From Chloroflexota bacterium (GTDB lineage Bacteria; Chloroflexota; Limnocylindria; QHBO01), in assembly GCA_038040195.1 (NCBI GenBank), contig JBBPIR010000001.1, positions 489,141-553,140 of the forward strand: 64,000 bases of DNA. Direction: 5' to 3'. Made by a program: the position numbers and the translations under genes. Position 1 is the first letter of the stretch. The number at the start of each line of letters is the position of its first letter. Positions 26,518 to 37,204 of this stretch are shown one piece after another. Below the pieces are notes generated by a model, which was not told the origin of the DNA, made no database searches, and worked only from the letters and a program-made list of their open reading frames with translations.

Positions 26518-27951
26518 CTAGGCCGATTCCGAAGCGCCAGGTCCGGTGTTGTGGTGCTTCGACGCACCACCCTGGCCGGCCGTCGCCGCCTCGCGGGCCA
26601 ACCGCAATAGCGGCTCCCGGTTGTTGAGCGCGGGGTCGTCCAGGACGGCCTGCAGCAATTCGTCGAGGATCCGCCCGATTTCCGGGCCAGGCGCCATGCC
26701 AAGCTCCGCGATGAGATCATCCCCATCCACCGCCAGCTCGCGGACCGAAAGGACCGCGGCTCCCCGGAGTGCGGCCAGGCGCCGCTCCAGCTCGTCGGCG
26801 GCGCGGTCACGCAGCTCCGGTCCGACCGACGCGGCGGTATCGGCGCGGCGCAACGCCAGCAGATCGTCCAGCGGCTGGCCGGCGCCGATGCGGCGCAGGA
26901 AGCGGCGCACGGCGGCATCGGACCAGTCGGACGTGTAGTGGATGAGGTGGTGACGCACCAGGTGGCTGACGCGATCGATCTCGGTGCGGGGGAAGGCCAG
27001 CTCCCGCAAGCGGCGCTCGACGAGCTGAGCGCCGACCGACTCGTGGCCGATGAAGTGGCCGTCGGCAGCGGTGGGCGCCTTGCCCACGTCGTGGAGCAAT
27101 CCGGCCAGGCGGAGCACCGGGTCCGCGGCCGGCAGCGCATCCACGGCCCTCAGGGAGTGATCCAGGGCGTCGCCACCCAGGACCTTGCCCTGCTCCACGC
27201 CCCGCAGGGCCGCCAGCTCGGGAAGCACCACGCCCAGCAGCCCCAGCCGCTCCATCAGGGAGAACCCGCGTGACGGCTCCTCCGCGGCCAGGAGCCGGAG
27301 CAGTTCGTCGCGCACCCGCTCCCCGGAGAGCTGCTCCGCGGCCGGGGCCAGCCGCGTCGCGGCGGCCTCCGTGGCGGGGTCCAGGGTTAAGCCCAGGGTG
27401 GTGGCGAAACGCACGGCCCGCAGGAGGCGCAGCGCGTCCTCGGTGAATCGCTGCTCCGCGTCCCCCACCGCGCGCAGGGCGCCGGCCGCCAGGTCCGCCT
27501 GCCCGCCGTACGGGTCGACCACGTGGCCGCGCCCCGCGGCCAGGTCATCGGGCACCCAGGCCATGGCGTTGATCGTGAAGTCGCGTCGTTCCAAGTCGTC
27601 CTCGAGCCGCGTCCCCCACCGCACCTCCGACGGGTGGCGCGCGTCGCGGTACCCGGCTTCGGTGCGGTAGGTCGTCACCTCCACCGCCATCGGTCCGGAT
27701 CGGACGGTTACGGTCCCGTACGGATTGACCCAGGTGGAGTCCGGGAACAGCGCGGCCACCACGTCCGGAGGAGCGGACGTGGCCACGTCCCAGTCGCCGG
27801 GCTCGACCCCGCGGACCAGGTCGCGCACGCAGCCCCCGACCAGCGCGGCCTCGTGACCGGCGGCAGCCAGGTCACCCAGGACGGCGGTGACCGGGGCGGG
27901 GAGCCTCAGTTCCGTGGCTTGGGCTCGTCCAGGAACAGGAACGTCCGCCAA
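26518..27951 (-). CDS. CCA tRNA nucleotidyltransferase / poly(A) polymerase family with HD domain
   Basis: GGCVRDL, polymerase-beta head, LLHDVGK HD motif; start possibly downstream of 27951. Confidence 0.7.
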   Translation of the reverse strand: MADVPVPGRAQATELRLPAPVTAVLGDLAAAGHEAALVGGCVRDLVRGVEPGDWDVATSAPPDVVAALFPDSTWVNPYGTVTVRSGPMAVEVTTYRTEAGYRDARHPSEVRWGTRLEDDLERRDFTINAMAWVPDDLAAGRGHVVDPYGGQADLAAGALRAVGDAEQRFTEDALRLLRAVRFATTLGLTLDPATEAAATRLAPAAEQLSGERVRDELLRLLAAEEPSRGFSLMERLGLLGVVLPELAALRGVEQGKVLGGDALDHSLRAVDALPAADPVLRLAGLLHDVGKAPTAADGHFIGHESVGAQLVERRLRELAFPRTEIDRVSHLVRHHLIHYTSDWSDAAVRRFLRRIGAGQPLDDLLALRRADTAASVGPELRDRAADELERRLAALRGAAVLSVRELAVDGDDLIAELGMAPGPEIGRILDELLQAVLDDPALNNREPLLRLAREAATAGQGGASKHHNTGPGASESA

Positions 27952-28436
27952 GCGTCGTTCCGCTCATCGGTCAGATAGGAGCCATACAGGTAGCGCGCGT
28001 CGGCGCGCGGGGCGCGCGGCTCGCGGCGCAGGGCCATCCGCGACTCGGCCAGAGTCTTGGAACCCTTGCGATGATTGCAGCGCCGGCAGGCGGCGACCAG
28101 GTTTTCCCACTCGTGGCGGCCGCCGCGGTGGCGTGGTACGACGTGGTCGATCGTCAGGTCGTGGGTGGCGGTGCCGCAGTACTGGCAGCTATGGCGGTCC
28201 CGGGCGAACACCTCGCGCCGCGAGAGCTTGACCCGGGGCTGGGGCCGGCGGACGAGATACACCAGGCGAATGACCGATGGCGCGTCGAAGGCGCGGCTGA
28301 CGGTGTGGATCACCTGGTGGTTGCGGGCGATCAGCTCCGCCTTCTCGGCGCCGAGCAGCCGGAAGGCGCGCCTGATGTCGCAGACGTTGAGGGCTTCGTA
28401 ATTCTGGTTGAGAACCAGGACTGGTGCGTTGAGCAA
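27906..28436 (-). CDS. HNH endonuclease
   Basis: CQYCG...[10 protein letters not shown]...[16 protein letters not shown]; start set at TTG 28436 ([14 protein letters not shown]); overlaps start of CCA enzyme gene by ~46 nt. Confidence 0.55.
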   Translation of the reverse strand: MLNAPVLVLNQNYEALNVCDIRRAFRLLGAEKAELIARNHQVIHTVSRAFDAPSVIRLVYLVRRPQPRVKLSRREVFARDRHSCQYCGTATHDLTIDHVVPRHRGGRHEWENLVAACRRCNHRKGSKTLAESRMALRREPRAPRADARYLYGSYLTDERNDAWRTFLFLDEPKPRN

Positions 28437-28539
28437 TCCGAGCCTCCGTGCGCGCGATGATAGCGGAGCCGCCAACGAGGCCCGGCAACCAGGCCCACCG
28501 ATCGGATCCTCGAGGGGCCGCGAGTACAATGCGGGCCTG

Positions 28540-29454
28540 ATGACGACCACCGAGCCAACCACCCACGACCTCACCCAAACCTCGACCTGGGCGACCAAGG
28601 TCGGGCTGGCGCGCATGCTCGCCGGCGGGGTGATCATGGACGTCGTGACCGCCGATCACGCCCGGATTGCTGAGGAAGCGGGCGCGGTGGCGGTGATGGC
28701 CCTCGAGCGCGTCCCATCCGACATCCGCAAGCACGGTGGGGTGGCCCGCATGAGCGACCCCAAGCTGATCGAGGACATCAAGCGGGCGGTCACCATCCCG
28801 GTCATGGCCAAGTGCCGGATCGGCCACTTCGTCGAAGCCCAGATCCTCCAGGCCCTGGAGGTCGACTACATCGACGAGTCGGAGGTCCTGACTCCGGCCG
28901 ACGAGGCGCACCACATCGACAAGCACCGCTTTGACGTGCCGTTCGTGTGCGGCTGCCGCGACCTGGGCGAGGCCCTGCGCCGGATCGGCGAGGGCGCGGC
29001 CATGATCCGGACCAAGGGCGAGGCGGGCACCGGCAACGTGGTCGAGGCCGTGCGCCACATGCGCGCCGTACGGTCCGGCATCGCGCAGCTGCGCACCATG
29101 CGTTCGGACGAGCTCTTCGCTACCGCCAAGGAGCTGCGCGCCCCGCTGGAGGTCGTCCGGCAGGTGGCCGAGCTGGGCGAGCTGCCGGTCCCCAACTTCT
29201 CGGCCGGCGGCGTCGCCACCCCTGCCGACGCGGCCCTCATGCGCCAGCTCGGCGCGGAGGCCGTGTTCGTAGGCAGCGGGATCTTCAAGGCCGAGCATCC
29301 GGAGAAGGTCGCGCGGGCCATCGTCAAGGCCACCACCCACTACGACAACGCGGAGATCCTGGCCGAGGTCAGCGCGGGGCTGGGTGAGCCGATGCGTGGC
29401 CTGGAGCTGGCCGAGATCCCTGCCGAGGAGCGGCTGGCCACCCGGGGTTGGTAG
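28540..29454 (+). CDS. pdxS: pyridoxal 5'-phosphate synthase lyase subunit PdxS
   Basis: near full-length identity to PdxS family ([24 protein letters not shown]); start at ATG 28540. Confidence 0.9.
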   Translation: MTTTEPTTHDLTQTSTWATKVGLARMLAGGVIMDVVTADHARIAEEAGAVAVMALERVPSDIRKHGGVARMSDPKLIEDIKRAVTIPVMAKCRIGHFVEAQILQALEVDYIDESEVLTPADEAHHIDKHRFDVPFVCGCRDLGEALRRIGEGAAMIRTKGEAGTGNVVEAVRHMRAVRSGIAQLRTMRSDELFATAKELRAPLEVVRQVAELGELPVPNFSAGGVATPADAALMRQLGAEAVFVGSGIFKAEHPEKVARAIVKATTHYDNAEILAEVSAGLGEPMRGLELAEIPAEERLATRGW

Positions 29455-30053
29455 GCACAGAGCGCCGGCCACGGGTCGGCATCCTGGCGCTGCAGGGGGA
29501 CGTTCGCGAGCACGCCGCCGCGCTGCGCGAGGTGGGCGCGGAGCCAGTGGAGGTCCGCCTTCCACGCGACCTGGCCGGCGTGGAGGCCCTCATCCTGCCC
29601 GGCGGGGAGAGCACCACCATGCGGCGCCTGATCGACGCCTACGGCCTGGCCGAGCCGATCCTCAGCCTGGCGGCCTCGGGTGCGCCGATGTGGGGCACCT
29701 GTGCGGGCATGATCCTGCTCGCCCGCCGAATCACCGATGGCGATGAGCCGATCCTGCCGCTGCTCGATATCGAGGTCCGGCGCAACGCCTACGGGCGCCA
29801 GCTGGACTCGTTCGAGGCCGACCTGGCCGTCCCGGCCCTGGGGGACGAGCTGCTCCACGCGGTCTTCATTCGCGCGCCGGTGGTGACCGATGTGGGACCG
29901 GGGGTCGAGGTCCTGGCCACCGATCCGATGGGGCGCACGGTGGCCGTGCGCCAGGGCCGCCTGCTGGCCACCGCGTTCCATCCCGAGCTGACCGGGGATC
30001 GGCGCTTCCACCGCGCGCTGGTAGACCTCATCGGGGTCGAGACGCGAGCATGA
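29448..30053 (+). CDS. pdxT: pyridoxal 5'-phosphate synthase glutaminase subunit PdxT
   Basis: [16 protein letters not shown], catalytic [14 protein letters not shown]. Confidence 0.9.
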   Translation: MVGTERRPRVGILALQGDVREHAAALREVGAEPVEVRLPRDLAGVEALILPGGESTTMRRLIDAYGLAEPILSLAASGAPMWGTCAGMILLARRITDGDEPILPLLDIEVRRNAYGRQLDSFEADLAVPALGDELLHAVFIRAPVVTDVGPGVEVLATDPMGRTVAVRQGRLLATAFHPELTGDRRFHRALVDLIGVETRA

Positions 30054-31111
30054 ACAGCGTGGCCAACGATGCCGGCGAGGTGCGTGCCGCGCGCCTGACC
30101 GACCGCCAGGCCCTGGCCGAGCTGTCGGGACAGGTCCATGCCGCGTCGGACGCGTATCGGCGCAGCCTGGGCGTACCCGCCCCAGCGGGGAGTCCCGGCA
30201 TCCAGCTGTCCACCCTCATCCCGTCGTGGATCCCACTGCGCCCGCCATCGGTCCACCTGGTGGCCGAATCGGACGGGGCGCTGATCGGCTCATGCCGGGC
30301 CATCACTGAGCCGCACCGTGACGACTGGGTGATCATCGAGCTCGACGCCGCCGACGGGCCGATGGCCGGCGAGGTGCGCTGGGCCCTCCTCGAGGCCCTC
30401 ATCGCAGAGGGGGCCAAGCGCGACGTTGCGCGCTATCACGTGGCCTGCGCGGACGTGCCCGAGAACCTCCAGCTGTTCGGGACGGCAGGCTTCATGGCAT
30501 ACGCCCAAGAGGAGATCCTGTACCGCCCGGCCGAGGAGCCGGGGAGCACCGGGCGGAGCTGGCTGCGCCGCGGCTTCCGGAATCGGCTGCCCAGGCGGGG
30601 AGCCGTCGCCGCGGACATCAACCTCCAGCCCGCCGGGGCGCCCGACGCCTGGCACCTGTTCGACTTGTGGAGCCACTGCACCCCGCCCGCCGTCGCGAGG
30701 GTGGAGGACTACCGCGCCGCGGACTGGGAGTCGGCGGGCCACGAGGCCATCGTCCCGCGCTCCAGCCTGAACCCCATCCTCCACTTCTCCGCCGTCAGTG
30801 CCTGGCTTGCGCCACTCGACCAGCGGGCCGGGGGATTCGCCCAGCACGGGGCGAGCCGGGTGGGACCGCACTACCTGCGCTTCCTGGTCCGCGACGGAAC
30901 CGACGGGGCCGCCATGCTCAGCGCTGTCCTGGGACGCCTGCCCGCGGACGCGCTCGCCGCCGGGATCCTGGCTCCGGTGCGAACATACGAGTCGGCGGGA
31001 CTACAGGCAGCCGCGGACGCAGGCTTCGCACCGGTGGGACGAGTCACCCTGCTGGTACGCGAGGTGAGGGCCACGGCACGCCAACCGGCGATGGTGCCGG
31101 CGGTCAATTGA
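30050..31111 (+). CDS. hypothetical protein, possible GNAT-fold acetyltransferase
   Basis: 353 aa; weak GNAT-like pattern ([29 protein letters not shown]); low-complexity C-terminus. Confidence 0.3.
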   Translation: MNSVANDAGEVRAARLTDRQALAELSGQVHAASDAYRRSLGVPAPAGSPGIQLSTLIPSWIPLRPPSVHLVAESDGALIGSCRAITEPHRDDWVIIELDAADGPMAGEVRWALLEALIAEGAKRDVARYHVACADVPENLQLFGTAGFMAYAQEEILYRPAEEPGSTGRSWLRRGFRNRLPRRGAVAADINLQPAGAPDAWHLFDLWSHCTPPAVARVEDYRAADWESAGHEAIVPRSSLNPILHFSAVSAWLAPLDQRAGGFAQHGASRVGPHYLRFLVRDGTDGAAMLSAVLGRLPADALAAGILAPVRTYESAGLQAAADAGFAPVGRVTLLVREVRATARQPAMVPAVN

Positions 31112-31137
31112 GCAGGCAACCGAGCGCGGAGGAACGC

Positions 31138-32835
31138 GTGGCGAAACTCGAAACCACCGACGACCTCGAGGCCCTGTTGGGGGCGCTGCCCCCGGAGGTC
31201 ATCGAGCGCGTCCGCGGCTTGGGGTCGCGGGCCGACCTGTTGGAGGTCGTCCTGGACCTGGGCCGCCGGCCGGAGGCCCGCTTCACGCATAGTGAGGAGC
31301 TCCTCCTGGAGCGTGAGGTCACCGAGGCCGACATCGGCTGGGTGGTGGACCGCATCGGCGCCTTCGGTGACGACAACCGGGCCGGCATCGAGCGCACCCT
31401 GCATCGGATCAGCGCCATCCGGAATCGGTCCGGCAAGGTGGTGGGCCTGACCTGCCGCATCGGGCGGGCCGTGTTCGGAACCATCGACATCATCCGCGAC
31501 ATCGTGGAGTCGGGGCAGAGCCTGCTGATCCTGGGCCGGCCGGGGATCGGCAAGACGACCATGCTGCGCGAGGTGGCTCGCGTCCTGGCCGACGACCTGG
31601 GCAAGCGGGTGGTGGTGGTCGACACCTCCAACGAGATCGCCGGCGACGGGGACATCCCGCATCCGGGGATCGGTGACGCGCGGCGGATGCAGGTCCGGAC
31701 CCCCACCGAGCAGCACGCGGTGATGATCGAGGCGGTCGAGAATCACATGCCCGAGGTCATCGTCATCGACGAGATTGGGACCGAGTTGGAGGCGGTCGCG
31801 GCCCGGACCATCGCCGAGCGGGGTGTCCAGCTGGTGGGCACCGCCCACGGCAACACGCTGGACAACCTCATGCTCAACCCGACCCTGTCCGACCTCATCG
31901 GTGGGATCCAGACCGTGACCCTGGGCGACGAGGAGGCCCGGCGGCGCGGGACCCAGAAGAGCGTCCTGGAGCGCAAGGCGCCGCCGACGTTCGACGTGGT
32001 GGTCGAGATCGTGGAGCGGGACCGGGTCATCGTCCACCGCAGCGTGGCAGAGACGATAGACGCCATCCTGCGCGGCCACATGGTGCCGCCCGAGTCGCGC
32101 TGGCGGGACGAGGCAGGCGAGGTGCGCGCCGCGACCAAGTATGACTACCGGATCCAGGAGGCAGCCTCCAACAGCTCGATGTTCGTGACGCCCGAGCCGG
32201 GCGGACACGGTACGTTCAGCCGGCGCACCGGCTTGTCTGGGCTCCAGCCGCTCCCCGGGGGGCGGGGTCAGGGGTCGATCGAGGAGGCGATGCTCGCATC
32301 GGACGTTTCCTCGGACGTGGCCCAGGCCACGACCGCCCGCGAGCGCGAAACGCGTGTGGCGAGCATGCGGCCCATGGCCGTGTTCCCGTATGGCGTCAGC
32401 CGCAAGCGCCTGGAGCAGGCGGTCCGCGAGCTGGGCGTGCCTGTGACCGTGGCCCGCGACCTTGAGGAATCGGATGCGGTCATCACCCTGCGGACGTACT
32501 ACCGCCGCAAGCCACCGGCCCTGCGCGACGCGGAGGCGGGCGGTACCCCGCTGTTCGTGCTGAAGACGAATACGCTGCTCCAGATGGAGTCCATGCTCGC
32601 CAACCTGTACGAGCTGGAGGCCAATCCCCAGGAGGCCGCCCTGCGCGAGACCGCAGAGGCCATCGGCCTGGTGCAGGAGAGCGGCCGATCGATGGAGCTG
32701 GCGCCCCAGAACGCTTACGTGCGGCGCCTTCAGCACCAGATGGCCGAGCAGCACAACCTCATGAGCCGCTCGCGGGGCAGCGAGCCGAACCGCCGGGTTC
32801 AGCTCCTTCCCGAAGAGGGGCGCGCCTGGCGCTAG
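31138..32835 (+). CDS. R3H domain-containing AAA ATPase (Ycf45/SpoIIIAA-like)
   Basis: P-loop GRPGIGKTT, Walker [10 protein letters not shown]-terminal R3H-like region; start GTG 31138 uncertain (TTG 31108 possible). Confidence 0.6.
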   Translation: MAKLETTDDLEALLGALPPEVIERVRGLGSRADLLEVVLDLGRRPEARFTHSEELLLEREVTEADIGWVVDRIGAFGDDNRAGIERTLHRISAIRNRSGKVVGLTCRIGRAVFGTIDIIRDIVESGQSLLILGRPGIGKTTMLREVARVLADDLGKRVVVVDTSNEIAGDGDIPHPGIGDARRMQVRTPTEQHAVMIEAVENHMPEVIVIDEIGTELEAVAARTIAERGVQLVGTAHGNTLDNLMLNPTLSDLIGGIQTVTLGDEEARRRGTQKSVLERKAPPTFDVVVEIVERDRVIVHRSVAETIDAILRGHMVPPESRWRDEAGEVRAATKYDYRIQEAASNSSMFVTPEPGGHGTFSRRTGLSGLQPLPGGRGQGSIEEAMLASDVSSDVAQATTARERETRVASMRPMAVFPYGVSRKRLEQAVRELGVPVTVARDLEESDAVITLRTYYRRKPPALRDAEAGGTPLFVLKTNTLLQMESMLANLYELEANPQEAALRETAEAIGLVQESGRSMELAPQNAYVRRLQHQMAEQHNLMSRSRGSEPNRRVQLLPEEGRAWR

Positions 32836-32837
32836 GT

Positions 32838-33458
32838 TTGTTCATCACCCTGGAGGGCCCCGAAGGCAGCGGCAAGAGCACCGCCGCCCGCCACCTGGCC
32901 GAATGGCTGCGCACCCGCGGCGTGCCGACGACCCTGACCGCCGAACCGGGCGGAACTCCGGTGGGCGAGGAGATCCGGCGACTGCTTCTCCACATCCGAA
33001 CGCTCTCCGACGACCTCGATCCCAAGGCCGATGCGCTCCTGTTCGCCGCCGGTCGCGCCCAGCATGTCGAGCGCCGCATCCTCCCCGCCCTGCAGCGGGG
33101 CGAGTGGGTCGTCTGCGCCCGCTACCTCGACTCGTCCATGGCCTACCAGGGAGGCGGCTACGGCCTCGACATGGACGCCCTGCGCGACCTCCAGGCGTTC
33201 GCCACCGGCGGGTTGAAGCCGGACCTCACCATCCTTTTGGACGTGCCGGTCGAGATCGGCCTCGGGCGCAAGCGGCGCGACCGTTGGAACCGGTTCGAAG
33301 ACACGGAGAGCGCTGCCTTCTTCGAGCGCGTGCGACGCACATACCTTGATCTGGCCGCGGCCGAACCTGGTCGGTACCGGGTCCTGGACGCCTCCGGATC
33401 GGTCGAAGAAACCGACGCAGCCATCCGCGAGCTGGTGGCGCCGCTCCTGCATCGGTAG
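32838..33458 (+). CDS. tmk: thymidylate kinase
   Basis: MFITLEGPEGSGKST P-loop, DRY-like and LID motifs. Confidence 0.85.
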   Translation: MFITLEGPEGSGKSTAARHLAEWLRTRGVPTTLTAEPGGTPVGEEIRRLLLHIRTLSDDLDPKADALLFAAGRAQHVERRILPALQRGEWVVCARYLDSSMAYQGGGYGLDMDALRDLQAFATGGLKPDLTILLDVPVEIGLGRKRRDRWNRFEDTESAAFFERVRRTYLDLAAAEPGRYRVLDASGSVEETDAAIRELVAPLLHR

Positions 33459-33473
33459 GGCATACTGCGGCCG

Positions 33474-33803
33474 ATGAAGCTGGTCACCGCCGTCGTTCAC
33501 AGCGAGGACGCCGGAGCCCTCGTCGACGCCCTGCTCGAAAAGGAGTACCGCGCCACCCGGCTGAACTCGTCGGGCGGGTTCCTCAAGCAGGGCAACGCGA
33601 CCATCCTGATCGGGTGCGAGGACGACCAGGTGGACGCCGTCTTGGCCCTCATCAGCGCCAACTGCCACGCCCGCAAGCAGTTCGTGAACCCCATGCCCCC
33701 GATCATGGAGCCGGGCGAGTTCTACATGCCCTACCCGGTCGAGGTCGAGGTCGGCGGGGCCACCGTCTTCGTCCTTCCCGTCGAGCGCTTCGAGCGCTTG
33801 TAG
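33474..33803 (+). CDS. PII-like DUF970/DarA-like (cyclic-di-AMP receptor-like) protein
   Basis: 109 aa; MKLVTAVVHSEDAGALVDALLEKEYRATRLNSSGGFLKQGNATILIG; positioned right after tmk as yaaQ/darA is in Firmicutes. Confidence 0.55.
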   Translation: MKLVTAVVHSEDAGALVDALLEKEYRATRLNSSGGFLKQGNATILIGCEDDQVDAVLALISANCHARKQFVNPMPPIMEPGEFYMPYPVEVEVGGATVFVLPVERFERL

Positions 33804-33812
33804 AGACCGATA

Positions 33813-34424
33813 GTGATGCGCGCAAATTCGCGCGCCTGGGTGGACGAGCTGGAGTTCGGGGCGCCGGACGTGCTGGCCGTCTGGCGGCTCATCGATCCTG
33901 CCGATTTCAGCAAGGATTATTCGGCGATCCGCGCCGAGCTGAGTCGCCGGGCGGGAACGGGAAGCGCCCCTCGTGTGTTGGCCGAGCAGGAGGCAATCGC
34001 CGACGCTCTCGAGGCGGTCCTGGCCGAGATGCCGGAGGAGCTCCTCCTAGCGCCTGGAGGCGAGGACGACTGGAACGTGGCCCAGGCCTTCGCGCACGCC
34101 ACGGGGTCGCGGCGCTACCTGGCCGCGGCGGCCGCCTTCGCAGCTCGTGGCGAGTGGCCCGATCCCCCGCCCGTAGTCACGCCGGGCATCCCCGGCCCGG
34201 CCGATGCCGACCGCGAGACGTTGCTCATGCTGTTGAACAAGAGCCGTCGCTCCATGGCCCTGTCGGCCGCGGCCATCGCCGGCCACGAGACCGATCCATG
34301 CCCCCTCGACCATCCGCTGATCGGCACCCGGCTGCTTTGCGGGGAATGGCTCCTGTTCTGCGGAGTCCACGACCTCATGCACCTCGAGCAGCTCCACGAC
34401 CTGCTGGACCGCGCCTCGGGATGA
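33813..34424 (+). CDS. DinB/YfiT-like (DinB_2 superfamily) protein
   Basis: 203 aa; helical bundle with His/Glu-rich metal motifs (HATGSRRY, HDLMHLEQLHDL). Confidence 0.4.
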   Translation: MMRANSRAWVDELEFGAPDVLAVWRLIDPADFSKDYSAIRAELSRRAGTGSAPRVLAEQEAIADALEAVLAEMPEELLLAPGGEDDWNVAQAFAHATGSRRYLAAAAAFAARGEWPDPPPVVTPGIPGPADADRETLLMLLNKSRRSMALSAAAIAGHETDPCPLDHPLIGTRLLCGEWLLFCGVHDLMHLEQLHDLLDRASG

Positions 34425-35551
34425 GCGGCGACCAGCGCCCCGCGCCGCTGGTCCTGATGGGCGCCCCCGCCGCCGACGAGGCACCGTTTGGCTCGTACGC
34501 AGCGGGGCTGGCCACCGGCCGGCACTTGCTGGCCGCGGAGCTCAGCCAGCGGCTGGCCCGCCAGGGCGCCGCCGTGCAGCTGATCCCGCCGGCGGTGGAG
34601 GCCGGGCCGTTTCACTGGGGAAGTTGGTACTCGCGCGCTGCCCGAGCTGCGTTGGACGAGGCCGGCGACCGAGTAGACGCATTGGGTTGGGTCGGCGCCG
34701 GGGCGCTGGCCATGCTCGGGGATGAGGCGTTGGACGCGCTGCTGAGCCCGATCGCCGGAGAGGTGGTCACCAACAACCGTTTCAGCTCCGATGCGTTCGT
34801 TGTGGCCGGCGACCTGAGTGCCGCGCTGGGAGTTTTGGCCGGACTGGGAGCCGATAACGGCGCCCCGCGAGCCCTGGAAGCGGCCGGTTTCACGGTCCGC
34901 GACCTCTCTGACGCGCCTTGGACCCGATTCGACGTCGACACGCCGCTCGATCTCGCCCTGCTGCGCTTGGCGACGCGCATCGCCGGCACGCGGACGCTGG
35001 ATCCGGCGATTGTCGCGTTCCTCGAGGGCGCGCAACTGCCCGGCAGCCGATCACTGGAGATCCCGCGCCTCGAGGATCTGCTGGCGGTCCTCAGGAACCG
35101 GAATGCGGAGCTGGTTGTGGCCGGCCGCGTTCCGTCCAGCGCTTTCGCCTACCTCGAGGAGCAGGCCGCCTGCCGGGTGCGCCTTTTCGTGGAGGAGCGT
35201 GGGATGCGAGCGGCACCCGGCCACCGTCCACGATCCTTACTCGCGGATTGGGTGACGGAACACGGGGGCGCCTCGCTTATGGAGCACCTGGCGACCCTCG
35301 GCGATGCGGTCATCATCGATACACGGGTCGTGATGGCGTCCCTTGCCGGCTCATCGGACACCGCCGCTTGGCCATCGCCAGAAGAGCGTTATGCCTCCGA
35401 CTTCGGCGACCCTTCGCCTATAGCCACTCCGTGGCTCCGCGACCTCACCACGGCGGCGGCGTCCGCATCGGTCCCGTTCCTACTCGGCGCCCACACTCTG
35501 GTCAGCGACGGCCTCCGCATCCTCACAGACGCCGCCTGGCTTGGCAGGTAG
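34421..35551 (+). CDS. hypothetical protein
   Basis: 376 aa Ala/Leu-rich; ATGA overlap with upstream gene; no confident family. Confidence 0.3.
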   Translation: MSGDQRPAPLVLMGAPAADEAPFGSYAAGLATGRHLLAAELSQRLARQGAAVQLIPPAVEAGPFHWGSWYSRAARAALDEAGDRVDALGWVGAGALAMLGDEALDALLSPIAGEVVTNNRFSSDAFVVAGDLSAALGVLAGLGADNGAPRALEAAGFTVRDLSDAPWTRFDVDTPLDLALLRLATRIAGTRTLDPAIVAFLEGAQLPGSRSLEIPRLEDLLAVLRNRNAELVVAGRVPSSAFAYLEEQAACRVRLFVEERGMRAAPGHRPRSLLADWVTEHGGASLMEHLATLGDAVIIDTRVVMASLAGSSDTAAWPSPEERYASDFGDPSPIATPWLRDLTTAAASASVPFLLGAHTLVSDGLRILTDAAWLGR

Positions 35552-35649
35552 CCGAGTTCGTCGTCGGAAGGCTCTCCTGATAGACTCTGATCAGGAGATT
35601 TGATCCGCATTGCGGGCCGTAGCGGCCCGCTCGAGCGAGCACAACGACG

Positions 35650-36009
35650 ATGGACCAGACCGGGCTGCTCTACGTCCTGGGATTCGGCTTCGCCGCCACG
35701 ACGTTCGTGTTCGGCACGATTCTGTTCTCGTGGCTGATCACGCATCGGCGCAAAGAGGCCCAGAAGGGGCTGCCCTACGAGTGCGGGATCGACACCATCG
35801 GTGACACCTGGTCCCGCTTCGGGCTGGCGTTCTACCTGTACGCCCTGCTGTTCGTGGCCTTCGACGTGGAGATCATCTTCATCTACCTCTGGGCGATCGT
35901 GATTCGCGACCTCACGCTCACCGGCATGATCCTGATGGGGATCTTCCTGGTGGTCCTGATGTACGGCGAGTTCTACGCCTGGAAGAAGGGTGACCTGAAA
36001 TGGCGATAA
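35650..36009 (+). CDS. nuoA: NADH-quinone oxidoreductase subunit A
   Basis: 119 aa, 3 TM, PYECG motif. Confidence 0.85.
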   Translation: MDQTGLLYVLGFGFAATTFVFGTILFSWLITHRRKEAQKGLPYECGIDTIGDTWSRFGLAFYLYALLFVAFDVEIIFIYLWAIVIRDLTLTGMILMGIFLVVLMYGEFYAWKKGDLKWR

Positions 36010-36629
36010 CAACCGCTCCCCGAGCTGACGAGCCGATCGTCATCCCCGACGCGGCCGGCGACGATCCGCTGCTGGGCGAGTTCGGGATGGAGAACCACCC
36101 CCAGGGTGGGTTCCATGGCCTGCTGGAGGTCATCCCCACCCGGGCCGATTACATCCTGGACCTGATCCGGGCCAACTCGCTGTGGCCGCTCCTGTCCGGC
36201 CTGTCGTGCTGCGCCATCGAGATGATGAGCACCGCCACCAGCGTCAACGACATCGACCGATTCGGGATGTTCCCGTTCCGCGCCTCGCCGCGCCAGGCTG
36301 ACGTCCTGATCGTGGCCGGCACCCTGACCACCAAGATGGCCGGTCCGCTGGTGCGCCTGTGGCAGCAGATGCCGGAGCCCAAGTGGTGCGTCGCCATGGG
36401 CACCTGCACCACCTCCGGCGGACGCTTCAAGCGCAGCTACAGCGTCGTCCAGGGCGTGGACCGGGTCATGCCGGTCGACGTCTACGTGCCGGGTTGCCCG
36501 CCGCGCCCCGAAGGCCTGATCTACGGGCTGATGAAGCTCCAGGAACTGGTCAAGCAACGCCGCGGCCAGTGGGCCACCTATGCCGACCGGGGTCCGGACC
36601 TCCGATCCTGGGAAGGAGACGTGCGCTGA
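36000..36629 (+). CDS. nuoB: NADH-quinone oxidoreductase subunit B
   Basis: [27 protein letters not shown]2 cluster motifs. Confidence 0.85.
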   Translation: MAITTAPRADEPIVIPDAAGDDPLLGEFGMENHPQGGFHGLLEVIPTRADYILDLIRANSLWPLLSGLSCCAIEMMSTATSVNDIDRFGMFPFRASPRQADVLIVAGTLTTKMAGPLVRLWQQMPEPKWCVAMGTCTTSGGRFKRSYSVVQGVDRVMPVDVYVPGCPPRPEGLIYGLMKLQELVKQRRGQWATYADRGPDLRSWEGDVR

Positions 36630-37204
36630 GCGCACCGGCCGCGGCGGGCCCGCTGGTCCGGCTGCTGGGCGACCGGCTCGCCGACGCGGCGAGCGAACTG
36701 TGGACCGACGAGGACACGGTCGAGATCCAGGTTCCCCGCGACAAGATCGTCGATTCGCTCCGCACCCTGCGCGACGACGCGGACTTCGGCTTCTTCTTCC
36801 TGGCCGATGCGGCCGCGGTCGACTACGGGGTCGGCAACTGGTTCGAGGTCGTCTACCACCTGTACTCGGACCGCCACCCCACCTGGCTGCGGGTCCGGGT
36901 CAAGGTTGACCGCGAGAATCCGGTGACGCCCAGCATCACCTCGCTGTGGGAAGGGGCGATGTTCCACGAGCGCGAGATGTACGACATGATGGGCATCGTC
37001 TTCGAGGGCAACCGCGACCTGCGGCGGATCTACATGTCGCCGGACTACCGGTCCTTCCCGCAGCGCAAGGACTTCCTGCTCCCCGATGACGCCGCCGATT
37101 CCGCCGCCGCCGGCAACCGCCCGCTGGAGCGGCCCGAGACCTGGGACCTGAGCAAGCTGGCGGACGCCGCCGCGCACCGCGACGAGCCGGGAGGCCCGGT
37201 GTGA
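36569..37204 (+). CDS. nuoC: NADH-quinone oxidoreductase subunit C (30 kDa)
   Basis: [29 protein letters not shown]; start uncertain (GTG 36569 overlapping nuoB, no canonical start right after nuoB stop). Confidence 0.75.
   Translation: MGHLCRPGSGPPILGRRRALSAPAAAGPLVRLLGDRLADAASELWTDEDTVEIQVPRDKIVDSLRTLRDDADFGFFFLADAAAVDYGVGNWFEVVYHLYSDRHPTWLRVRVKVDRENPVTPSITSLWEGAMFHEREMYDMMGIVFEGNRDLRRIYMSPDYRSFPQRKDFLLPDDAADSAAAGNRPLERPETWDLSKLADAAAHRDEPGGPV

Noticed and set aside
30667-31137. N-terminal 157 aa of track ORF 30667..32835 upstream of the R3H ATPase
   Set aside because: Arg/Gly/Pro-rich and overlapping the preceding gene in another frame. A later GTG/TTG start gives a normal-length Ycf45-like protein.
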